The translations under genes were made by a program, and so were the position numbers. A stretch of DNA of 64,000 nucleotides. Source: Pomacea canaliculata (Eukaryota). Under the pieces are notes generated by a model. It did no database searches. It was given only the letters and a program-made list of their open reading frames with translations, and was not told where the DNA came from. The stretch covers positions 29,393,367-29,457,366 of the forward strand of contig NC_037593.1 in assembly GCF_003073045.1 (NCBI RefSeq). The letters run 5' to 3'. Positions 48,136-58,997 of the stretch are shown in pieces (within the stretch, counting starts at the first letter, position 1; each line of letters opens with the position of its first letter).

Positions 48136-50623
48136 AATGAGTTTGCCTTTGGCTGAGATATTATGCTTTATAAATTCCCACTCAATAATGATAAGTGCAT
48201 CAGGATTAAACTGATAATTCAGCCAAGTAAAATGTAGCAGTATTGTACAGGTGGGAGACAAACATTTATAATTATAGTTGACCCTGCAGTCTACATTACC
48301 ATCAAGTACAGTTGCTCACAGACATCAGTTTTATTTGAAATACAATGATGATATTCAGTGTTTAACTTTATTTGAACCTAAACATCTATTTTTTTCATAT
48401 CTTCTATTTGTCATATTGTTTTAGATTCTAAATCTTTGTCTCAGAGCTTAAGTAGACTTATGGATGCTAGTGCACCAAACGTAACCAAGCTGCCTCAGTA
48501 TTCCCAGCACTCCATGATAGCTGTCTTGCCAACTGTTACTGCTTCAGAAAAGCATTTCAGACAAAAGTAATTTCAGTTAATATGATGTTAATTACTCATA
48601 TAGTTCATATCAAAGGCCTTTTTAATCATGCTATAAAATTTGATGTTTTGGATTAGACTGTGTTCACGAGTGGAGTTTATGGCTCTTAATATAGAGCATT
48701 TTTTTCTACTGAATTTGTACTAATGGTGACATTCCCAAATAGAACTCATCTGCAAATGCATAATTATGCACTAATTTTTGTTTATAAGAGAACCAATCAC
48801 CTCTATTTTATTTTTGTGTGTGTTCTTTTATTTAGACAATCAACATAAACTTCAGGTTACAAGCATACATAAAAATGTTGATCTCTGTATCTTTACTCAC
48901 TCTATGCACATACATAGTTTCTCTTTTACAAGCCTTTCAAAGATGCAAAAGAAGAAAACAAGGAGAGTGCACCTAATATATTTTTTTGTGATATGTGAAA
49001 ATGTGTGTGTAGAAGAATCATAAGTATTCATTGCATGTATATTCTGATTTTTATTGGTTTTTATTTTGGAAGAATATAACCATGGAGAGATGAAAATAAC
49101 ATTATTTTTAGTCTCAAGAAAAAACTGAAAAATAAGACAATTTCACTTTGTGACGATTTCTTTCGGTATTTTCAGCCGTCATCTATTTTTGGGAGCATTA
49201 GTTTTTAGTTTATTCCTTATTACTCCTTGAGGAGCATAGGGCTGCCTTGGGAGCATTTTGTTAAATAATAGGTTTTCTTGATCTCAACAGCCTTTGCTCT
49301 GGCATCTTTGGTAAGAGCCGACAGCTTTAAGGCTACATTTCAGCAATCAATATGGAAATGTTCACTCCAATGTGAGTGCTCACAGAAATTTAGTTTCTTG
49401 CCAGTCATACTGTAAAGTTCAGTCACCTGACTGCCACTTGGGTCAATTACACTAGCAGCAGTTACCATTGGTGCTATCTAATCTTATTGTGTTACCAGGA
49501 AATTGTCAGTGCCTTTAGTATCAAACAGTTCAGTTTTGTTAATTTATTTTTCTTCAGGGATGAAAATTATTGGTAATTAATAACTGGAAAGATTATTTTC
49601 AACATATCAAATACAGAAATTGCTTACACAATAAAACACTGGGAGTTTGGTCAATAGGTGTAAATCTTCAGGTACAGGAATACCTTCTGGTTTGATAATC
49701 TGTACATAATAAAGTGGGATGCAGTTGGTTTGCAGTGTTTGGGTATTTTTCTTGAAAAAGCCTAAAATGAAAGCAGAATCTGCTTCTACATCTGTTTCGC
49801 AATTGTGTTCACCTATGCTTGAATGTGTATTGCACATTTTGTGTACAAGTAATGTGAATGTTATTGGTGTTGCATTCATAATCTTATGTACGCTCATAGT
49901 GTGGTCATGTTAATAATAATTTAGGATTATGACTATATCTTTTTTGCCTGCATGACCTTCACAGATAGCAGTACTGAAAAAGAAAGTCATCTTGGACGAG
50001 TGAATGTGTCACTAAAGTGTATCAAGCGATCAACTTCTTTAACATGTCAAAGTCCTGGAGAAAAACTTGAATGACTGTAAGATTTCAATAACACACACAA
50101 TGGCTTAACTTGCAGCCTCTATAGAAGTCTTGCTGCAACGTAAACAAAAAGTTCCCAGCCATCTTACTGTATGTTTTTTCATGTTAACGTTTTATAGTTT
50201 TCTCACATTTCTTAACAAAATCTCAAGTCTCCTGCGCCTACCAAAAATGAAGACACACAGAACAGTAGTTTTTTGAGTTTTAATGTACCAGAAGCTATAT
50301 TTATGAAGTAAATTAATCACCCGGCAGCAGAATGGGGAACTTAAAAAAAAACTTTGTCTCTGTTGTTAAGATTTTGAAACCCAGGTCTTTGGCAGATGGC
50401 TTCTGCCAACCTATAGGTAGTTAAAATTCTGTACTGGTTAAAGTATCTTATACTGAATAATCTAAAGAAAATTGACTTTCTTAAAATGAATGAAGGTTCT
50501 CATACATAAATATTTTATTGCTATGCAGAATTTTTAAGAGTACTATAAAATGACGGAAGACCAAAAGGTCATATACCTTAAGGAAGACATTAAAAATTGT
50601 GATAAACCCAAAACTTTATAAAA

Positions 50624-51070
50624 TTACTTTTGTATATGGCTGGAAATTTTCTTCCTTCGCCACTCACAGATATTTCCATATTCACACATGCCACACTTCC
50701 ATGCCTCTTCTACTTCTACTCCTTCACATTCTCTCTGTCCATGCCAAAACTCTAAGGAATGCAGAACTGTCTGCCACATCCAATCTTCCTCTTCCTTGAC
50801 TTCCACATGACCAATCAAATCATGTGTGTCTTGGTGAACGTATTCAATAGACATAGAGCCAATACAAACCAGACTCTGAGCAGTGGAGAGCAACAGAGAA
50901 AAAAGGTTTCTAAGAGAGACTGTTGACATTGGCAACTGGTCCATGTGCTTTATAATTTCATCACTGAGAGGCAAGTCAGCTGAATCTTCAAGGCAAAGCT
51001 TCTTCAAGAAGAAATCTGCTGACATATTCCCCTTAACTAAGTTGTCCCACAATCTCTTGTAGATTTGCAC
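50624..51070 (-). CDS. EXO5: EXO5 terminal exon carrying the C-x2-C-x5-C Fe-S cluster motif (stop 50624..50626)
   Basis: Acceptor gtgcttttaaaatttcag|GTG. Translation VQIYKRLWDNLVKGN...IGSMSIEYVHQDTHDLIGHVEVKEEEDWMWQTVLHSLEFWHGQRECEGVEVEEAWKCGMCEYGNICEWRRKK aligns with human QVSLYKYIFDAMVQGK...[29 protein letters not shown]...[36 protein letters not shown]. Total CDS 1164 nt, 387 aa. Confidence 0.85.
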   Translation of the reverse strand: MQIYKRLWDNLVKGNMSADFFLKKLCLEDSADLPLSDEIIKHMDQLPMSTVSLRNLFSLLLSTAQSLVCIGSMSIEYVHQDTHDLIGHVEVKEEEDWMWQTVLHSLEFWHGQRECEGVEVEEAWKCGMCEYGNICEWRRKKISSHIQK

Positions 51071-51680
51071 CTGAAATTTTAAAAGCACTCAAAGCAGAAT
51101 CAAAAACAAACATAATGTACAAAAATTAACATAAACATGCATGTTTCTAGAAACTATATTTGTTAACCAGAATAATTTAACAAGGGCATCTCTTGAATGC
51201 AAAAGGATGCCCAGAGCAGGGTCCAATGGTGTGGTGTAGTTGCCGCCCTATGCTTCACTGGGGGGTGATTAGGAACAAGAAGAATCTCTTGAATACACAC
51301 ATGAATAATAATGATATTTATTTATAGCTCACTTTCCCCACCCTTACATGAAGACGCATGGGCACACACTATCAAAGGATTCAAATGTATCTTACAATAT
51401 CATTGTCCAAATATAACTCTCTCACAAAATATACACAAGGGAACAGGAGAAGACCACCAACAGTCCAATAAAATCTCTCACGCTGAGAAAGGAACATGTC
51501 AGTTCTAAAATACAAACCGAGACCTGAATCTCAACAGCAATGTCAAGGTGACAGGCATTTTAGCCACTGCACTACCAACTGTTTCAGATGCATTTGTACA
51601 TATGCTACTAACTCCACCTGACACATGAGCTGATAAACATTTCTTGAGTTTAAGAATGTTAGTTCATTTTTACTACTGAC

Positions 51681-51967
51681 CTGGAGTGCATTTTGTTTCG
51701 CTTGAGCCACCCCTGGAAGTCTTGTGCTTTTCCTTGTCTTCAATTCTAGCAGATGAAGACTGTAGGTTTTTTCATCAAAGTGGAGCTCATCAATAATTCC
51801 AAACAGCATGTCGCCGGTGCCAAGGTCCCCAAAGATTGGGACTTCTCTAGCTTTAGCAATTCCAGAAAAAAATCCTCTCATGGCCACCAGCAAATTTAGA
51901 ATGTTCAAGGCCCATTTGTCAGTGTTTGATGAAATTTTGACATCCACAACATCGTGAGTTTCTAGTT
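51681..51967 (-). CDS. EXO5: EXO5 exon 4 (nuclease core, DELH motif)
   Basis: Acceptor gctgttattgcag|AA. Translation (E)LETHDVVDVKISSNTDKWALNILNLLVAMRGFFSGIAKAREVPIFGDLGTGDMLFGIIDELHFDEKTYSLHLLELKTRKSTRLPGVAQAKQNALQ aligns with human [31 protein letters not shown]...[53 protein letters not shown]. Donor CAG|GTCAGT, phase 0. Confidence 0.8.
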
Positions 51968-52743
51968 CTGCAATAACAGCATAAAACTAATACAACAGTC
52001 ACACCATAAACTAAATTGTTTCATCATTTAACTTAAACAGAAAATCAGTGCTTCATGATATTGCTAACACACTGGAAATGTCGGGAACAAATCACACCAT
52101 TACATGGGAGAGTTACAGGGCTGAGAAACAGGCAATATGCAAGAAACAGCCAAATTAAAAATAAAATAAAATGGTTCTTTATCCAATGCCTTAGTTTTTG
52201 CTTTTGTCGTAATGTCATGTTTGCTGATACTTATGTTTCCTGTATGGTTGACTGTCAGATTGTAGACTTTTGTGTGCAGTTCCCCGAGTCTCATCCACAA
52301 GGGGAAATGTGCTTTACAAATTCAATTATAATGGAATTGGTGTTTCACACCAAGGCAGTAACTAAAGTTACATCACATCAAAGCAGCCAACCCTGTAAAC
52401 AGGTGCCACTTGCAACAAAAGAAAAGTATGTTGTAGATGACATCTGAACCCAGGACAGCTATTCCTCATTGTATTGATGACAAGTGCTAACTGTTGCACC
52501 AGGGTGCCGCTGTGAGTTATGTGGGAGCCAAGACTGGTGTGTGTGTGTGCCCCCAGATCTTTAGTACATTGATTTATGTGTACAATGACTATTAACACAT
52601 TAAAACAAAAATACATAAATTCTTTGAACCACACCACCTCTCATACCTTCAGGCAAAAGATCCCAATTGGATGCTAAGACATACAAATGCACATATTTTG
52701 TAACATTTTCATTCAAACCATGAAACACTTTCAACAAACCAAC

Positions 52744-53011
52744 CTCTAGCATAATGAAGTGACTTTCCTTTTTTGACTTCCTCTTTATCTTTAACAGACA
52801 AAGGCACGTCCCCAGCCTCAATCTCCTGCATATCTGTCAACCCTGGCTCAACCCCCATCATTCTATACTGCAGTTGCTGCTCACACCATAGCTGTTGTGT
52901 GATGTCTGTTACACAGAGGTAGCGAGACCTGCAGAACTGTATCAAAGGAGGTGGTGCCTGCTTACACACACCTCTTTTAGTGCTTAAGATTTTAGTTGAT
53001 GAGCCATTTAC
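52744..53011 (-). CDS. EXO5: EXO5 exon 3 (N-terminal Fe-S cysteine, conserved YVTD...WCE block)
   Basis: Acceptor ttatattattttattattag|GTA. Translation VNGSSTKILSTKRGVCKQAPPPLIQFCRSRYLCVTDITQQLWCEQQLQY...SLHYAR aligns with human EXO5 ...[40 protein letters not shown]...SIHLAR. Donor AGAG|GTTGGT, phase 1. Confidence 0.8.
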
Positions 53012-53474
53012 CTAATAATAAAAATAATATAAAACCATCATCTAAATAAAAAAGGATCAGTTCGTGATTCTGCTGCAATAACTTCCAACAGTGAAGTTTC
53101 TACAAAAGCTTAATAATGTTGCCTATACAAAAGTACATTCATTCATACTTTCATAAGGTGCTGTTGTATTTGAAGGAAGAAAAAAAAACCTTCAGAAATG
53201 AGTCTAATTACTGTTATCCATATCTGTTATCTTAAAAGAGTTTGTCTCCATGGCAAACTCATAAATAAATGGTCTTGTTTACTTTTATAAAACACACATG
53301 GATATAAAAACCTTTGAGTAACATAATACAATAAGTTAATAACATTGCCACATATACTATAAATACACACACATCAATCTAAAAATATTAACTCAGATGT
53401 ACATACAGAGTCCATGCACTAACAAAAGAAAGGGCAAGGGAGATTGCATTAAAGCCAATTACAAAATTTAAGAC

Positions 53475-53557
53475 CTGCTGCTCAGACTTCTGAAAATCTT
53501 TGTTGCTTTTATTATTTTTAAGTTCTAGTCCACTTGTTTCATCATGCTCGTCAATAC
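53475..53557 (-). CDS. EXO5: EXO5 exon 2. An alternative donor would put the 3' end at 53463.
   Basis: Acceptor gattactttttcag|GT. Translation (G)IDEHDETSGLELKNNKSNKDFQKSEQQ. Donor CAG|GTCTTA is phase 0; the alternative TTT|GTAATT lies 12 nt further on. Confidence 0.5.
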
Positions 53558-54156
53558 CTGAAAAAGTAATCAACAAACAAATGAAAAAATGCAAATGAAG
53601 ACAAGGTCTACAAATCTTTGAAGTTCAGACATGTGGCATCTGAAAAAGTATTCATTCGTGTTGCTGACGTGGATTTCTTCATTTCAAATGTAAAAAAAAC
53701 TATTTTGTTCAAAACGTCCTAACTGCCATTGTTAATTCCTAATTAGCGTTAATTCGTAATCAGCAATAGAAATCGGTAGCTGCTGAGTACCGTTCGCTAA
53801 AGAAGCCAGACTTGAGAAAAAGAGATTCACTGCTATTGTGCTAACAACTGCAGCACGAACAGCTAACACACGCATTATTACCCATCACACAACATCAACG
53901 AGACAAACATGCAATCAAACTTATCACGCATGCATTCAGAAGCTGTACAAGCTATAATAACGAAGTAGTGACACTCCTATTAATCCAGACTTAAACAAAA
54001 CCCGGCAAAGAAAGCCAACAGAACTTTCGTGACACCACGAACTATATATACACACATGTATACGCCCATAGTGATACGACTTTCAGCATCAAGGAAACGA
54101 CTACACGATTGTGCAAAAAAATACATGTACTTATTAAACAACTGATATATTCTCAC

Positions 54157-54235
54157 CTCCATCTATCTTTATCATGGATGATTCATCTAAATCACTCCAG
54201 TCTTCTTCGTCAGCAATGTTTGTCCGTGCTGACAT
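54157..54235 (-). CDS. EXO5: EXO5 (exonuclease V) orthologue, coding exon 1 (ATG 54235..54233)
   Basis: Translation MSARTNIADEEDWSDLDESSMIKIDG. Donor GGAG|GTGAGA, phase 1. An ETS-like CCGGAAGT lies at 54263-54270 just upstream. Confidence 0.6.
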
Positions 54236-54641
54236 TTTAAATATCTCTAACCTCGCGCTTGACCGGAAGTGCAACAAGTTAGGCTCTCGTTGCCACTTGG
54301 TAACATATTAATACGCACATTTCAAAGTTTTCTTCAATAAACGCAACATTTAAACTAATTCTATGGTATATTGATACAAATTTTATAAGATAATGAGTAT
54401 CAGATAATATGTAACTTTATTTGATTGTCTACAATTTAGATTTTTATAAGTTATCATGACCTATATTGTAGCCGAAAGCGTCATCGTGTGTGTAAGTCGG
54501 CTGCGTAGGGCAGGCATGCAGTAGCTGCTCACAAGGAAGGGCAGCAGGGACACAAATGGCATTTGGGTGAGGATTTCCATCTTCTGCCTTCTGAGATTGT
54601 TTTACCTGCATGGTGGGAGATGTTTCTAAGTGAGATACTTC
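54236..54641. promoter_or_regulatory. Head-to-head (bidirectional) promoter region between EXO5 (minus strand) and the downstream plus-strand gene
   Basis: About 400 bp separate the two divergent start codons (54235 on the minus strand; 54642 or 54666 on the plus strand). An ETS-like ccggaagt sits at 54263-54270. No TATA box is obvious. Confidence 0.5.
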
Positions 54642-54665
54642 ATGCTGTCTTTGTATACGAATGAC

Positions 54666-54870
54666 ATGGAAACAAAACTCAGTTATCGAGCATCGAAGAA
54701 GGGTGCCAACGGTGCTTCAACCACGGCTTCAGTCAAGAAAGTAAAGCGGAAAAAGAATAAAGTTAAACAGACTGTGAAAGGCAGAGAATCAAAAGAAAGT
54801 GGAATTCACAGTCCAGATTTCGACATCGAGACCCGGTTGGAGGGAGATGGAACCTTAACTGATGTAACAG
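54666..54870 (+). CDS. Exon 1 of an unidentified gene encoding a Lys-rich basic N-terminus. ATG is at 54666; an alternative ATG lies at 54642.
   Basis: ATG in good Kozak context (aatgacATGG). Translation METKLSYRASKKGANGASTTASVKKVKRKKNKVKQTVKGRESKESGIHSPDFDIETRLEGDGTLTDVT. Donor ACAG|GTAAAA, phase 1. Confidence 0.5.
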
Positions 54871-56030
54871 GTAAAAACCGATCCGTCACTGCGCGAACAA
54901 TTAGATCGAGGTTTTGGGGAGGGGGAGATGAATGTATGCGCATATGTATGTTTTTCAAAGCTGCTCAATGACGTATTAGTATGAACAGAATTTCTAGTCT
55001 CAATGCGTATATATCTACCAGTGAATGGAGTTATGGATACTTGTATGCGTATCCTGCAAATTTATCTATAGCTATTGGTTAATCAGTAGATATATATATA
55101 TAGTACTGAGCACATTTGAGCTTTAAAAAAAAAGAAACATTTATACAGTCTGAGAGACACTAAAAGCAGATGTTGACAGAGGAAGAAAATCAATGAGAAA
55201 AGGTCAAGGTAGGAAGAAAGGTCTGAAAGGGATAGCACAATGGTCTTGTGAGACATATATTACACAAGTTAGTGGTTGTTCTGTGAGACATTACACAGTT
55301 TAGTGGTTGTTCCTGCATTCAAGTACATTCAAAGTGATTTCTTTATGCACTTGGATTTGAATCCTGGAATCTTCTTCTATTTAGGAAGCAGCATCCTTTA
55401 TAGAAATGGTATCTGATCCAAGATTTCTGATATTTCTAGACAATGGATGACCTACACCAAGTTAAAACTTAATGACGAAAAAACAGAAGCTTTATTTATT
55501 TTATTTTTTTTTTCAAAGAGGAGAGCCAGAGTTTAGCCTTCACTGTATGTCCCTGTTTGGGTAGGTGATCCAATGTTCCTTTTGTTACTTCAACACAACT
55601 TAGGTGACATGTCTCTTGATAGCATGTTTCTCACATCTGTCGTTCTGCATGCTATGAGCTCTGGAAAATCAGCTTAATTTGCCATACTCTTTCCATCTCA
55701 ACCACCAAAATTCTCATCTGCTCATTTAACAGGCTGGGGGGGATTGGCTCTCCTTGATTTGGTTTGTGTTTTGTGGTCATGCTTCAATTTGGATGAAAGT
55801 GTTGGACCTTCATGTTTACATGTGCTTCTGCTGCGTTTTTCTTCCTCTTCTAGTTTGCAACAGGACTGTATATAATGTTATTTGAAATGCGAACTGTTTG
55901 GATCTATTAGCTGAATTCCAGTCTACCATGTTTCACTCGCTTCAGCAGCGACCTTGAGCTACATTGAATAAACTGAAGTGATGGTCACCCGTTTGCAGTT
56001 TCATATGATATTTTTTCATATTCTGAAAAT

Positions 56031-56250
56031 TACTCAGTATTCCCAGTATTTGCCTTATGTTACTAATCTTATTTTGTGGAGTTGTTACCATTAAATCCAA
56101 AGTTTACTGCCGAAACACATTGAGTCTTTGCATTGTTCTTCGTTCTACATCTTTGTTACTCTTTTGTTAACTTGTTCTACATCTTTGTTACCATTTTGGG
56201 ATCTCATTTTACATCTTTATTATTATTTTGTTAACTTTTTGAAATCAGAC
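56031..56250 (+). repeat. Short interspersed repeat (SINE/MITE-like family), copy B
   Basis: Homologous to 47921-48135, with an internal short tandem motif ttctacatctttgttac. Confidence 0.55.
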
Positions 56251-58965
56251 ATTATTTTCTCATATCAGTGATGACAGAATTCTTATGATATGGCTGGCAT
56301 ACATAAATGACAATCAGCATTTTTAACCAGTACTTTGAGAATATGGATGCTGTCATTGAAACTTTCTTTCAGTGTGTCTTGTTATAGTCTTTATCATTTA
56401 TAGCTCCTTGCTATTTCTGATTATCATTTCTTTGTGTGCACTGTGGCACTGCCCTTCAATTCTGTCTTTTTTGCTTTTTTTCTTGCCTTTATCTTCCTCC
56501 TGATTTTGGCAAAGCTGTCTTCTTATTGATACAAGGTTGCTGCCTTTCTTGTTCATTAAGATTCTCCTTCTTTCACAGAGATCAAAGATTTTGTTCCTGA
56601 TTCATGGTTGCTGTTTATTCTTTCCCTACCTTCCCTGATCTTTCATTATCATTGAATTGTCATTGTCATTTCTATAAATATGTAGCCGAATCCGATGTCA
56701 GAAGTCCAGAAGTAGTCACAGCACAGCAATAAGTTTGTTTTCTTCAGTTTTTTAAAAACATTAGATTTAATATTTTTTATTGATCTGAGACTCTTTCTCT
56801 TTTTCTTCATTTGTGTCTCTGGTTGTGCATCCCCTTTCCTCCTGAAACCTTGATTAATTTTTGTTCTCAAAGATGTCAAAGGGGAAGCACAGTCTATCGA
56901 GACAACAGACAGGCAAATGTTATGATCAGAGAGGCTTTATCATTACTTTAATTTATGAAACTGTGAACTGTTCATTTTTTTGGTGTTTTGTATGCAACTG
57001 GATTGTAGAAAGGTAATAAGCAATGGTCATTCTCACACATATTTTTTGTCCATTTCATTATCATTAGGTTTGTTGTGTAGTCATCTGGCCTGGGTTTGGG
57101 ATATTTTGGGGTTTGGGCTGAGAATTTTGAGACCAGCCCGCAAAAAGAAAACTCTGTGCACCCCTGTGTTAAAGATCATTTTTCTCAGTGTCATCTTTTT
57201 GTGAGGGTGGTTCCCATCTCCTCTTCCTCTCACTGTTTTACCTTTCCTCAATCTTCTATGAATTGAGGTTTCCATCTGGGTCAATGGAGGAAGTTCGCTG
57301 AACCACATGGGTATCAGATGAATGTACCTTTGGGTGCTGAAGCCAGTCCTCTAAACACTGGACTAGATGCTTCGAATCCCCTACTGGGTTGAACCTAAAT
57401 TTACTCTGGTGTTAGGAATGTTTTGTCAAGCCTAAAATTTAATGCAAATTTCTGTGTTTTTATCTTTGGGGTATTAATCATTAGATGTGAGTAGTTTCAC
57501 TTCAGACCAAGGAAAATGCATGTTTACAGAAGTTTGTTAAGTTTTTGTACACAGGCAGGTGTCAGCATATAAGGAAGAGTATGTTATATTATTCTGCCAA
57601 CATTGTGTCTATCAGAGAAGACAGAATGACTTTTTTTGACTTACTGATAAGGCTAGTAATCTGGCTCCACAGCATGCATATGGGACAAGGTCCACAGTTG
57701 TTACAAGTTAATTAATTTCTTGCACCACACACCGATCACTCACTCATTATCACTAAAAGAAAGAACTTACATGTGCACATGATCACATGCATGTGCACAG
57801 ACTCATACTCATGTACACACACACACTCTCTCAACTGCTAGATAACTTATGCTGCAATAAAATCCTGCCTCAACAAGGTGGCCACCAACAGATCACAAGC
57901 ACCAATAAAATACTCTGAGATTCTTTTGTTAGAATGCCTCACATTCAGGTGTCAGACCATCGAGATTTCCACTGTAGGTCAATGTTTATTCAGCCATTGC
58001 TCACCTTTATCAATTACAATTGTTTTGAGTATATAAAAAAATGGCTGTTGTCTATTCTCCTTGATTAAAATGGAAATGAAGTCCGATGCACGAAAAACTG
58101 GCAAATATGACAGCGCATGTATCAGAGATTCTGAAATCCTAATCATATATGACAGGATAATAGGCTAATTAGGCTAAGCCAAAGAGTAGATTACAAAGCT
58201 TTAACCTAAATCAGGGTCAGTCCTTCATATAATATCATATCACTTTATACATACTATCATATAAAAATCTTATGTTGAAATGTTTTTCATAAATCATACA
58301 AAATAAAAATCTGTTTAGAATAATGTTTAAAACACTAAGGTTCAACTTACTGATCAAACTGTTGAAGGCTTCTAAGCTATGTCACTGCTATATTTTGTTC
58401 AGCATCTTGGATGGAGGTTTTATTAGTGTATTTGGACTATTCCATTTTTCTCTGAGCCATGGAGTCCTTTTTCAACATTTTTATAATTGTGTATGCTTAC
58501 CCTTATTTTGATGCCATGAAGGTTCTCTTTCTTACCCAATTTCATCTTAAAAATGCTGACTTTGAAGTACACAGAGTACAGAAAATTTTGTTGCTCATTC
58601 TGGGATTTATATTTTTATGAGTGTGGAGTTTTGGTGAAAAAAAAACATTGCCAAGAAATTTAAACACCATGATTTACGGAAGTAGCAAAGCAGCAGGTCT
58701 GGAAGTGGATGGTTCATTGATCAGACCAGAGACTATTTGGAAGTGCCAGCTATTGTTTAAATAAGATTTTAACCATTGATTTTTGCGAAAATCCTATCAT
58801 TGTAGCAAAGTGTTTCTTTCTTAAAGTGGGTTGTTTCTTTTGCATTAAGGACTTAACTGCAACTCTGTTCTCTGTCTGTATAATCAATTTAAAGAGAAGT
58901 AGTGTGAGCGAGTGACTCCTAGCTATTTAGCAAAGTTAGTGCAAACAAAAACATTCTGATACACA

Positions 58966-58997
58966 CACACACACACACACACGCGCGCGCGCTCTCT
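58966..58997. repeat. (CA)n-(GC)n compound microsatellite
   Basis: The run cacacacacacacacacacacgcgcgcgcgc is directly visible. Similar simple repeats occur at 2858-2877 (TG)n, 6249-6277 (GT)n(GC)n, 11778-11800 (ATT)n, 31216-31236 (TTG)n, and there are poly-G, poly-C and poly-T runs at 5985-5996, 25864-25876, 26037-26048 and 13508-13522. Confidence 0.9.

Noticed and set aside
52055-52447. 130-aa plus-strand ORF inside the EXO5 intron
   Set aside because: It is antisense and intronic, has no homology, and is low complexity.
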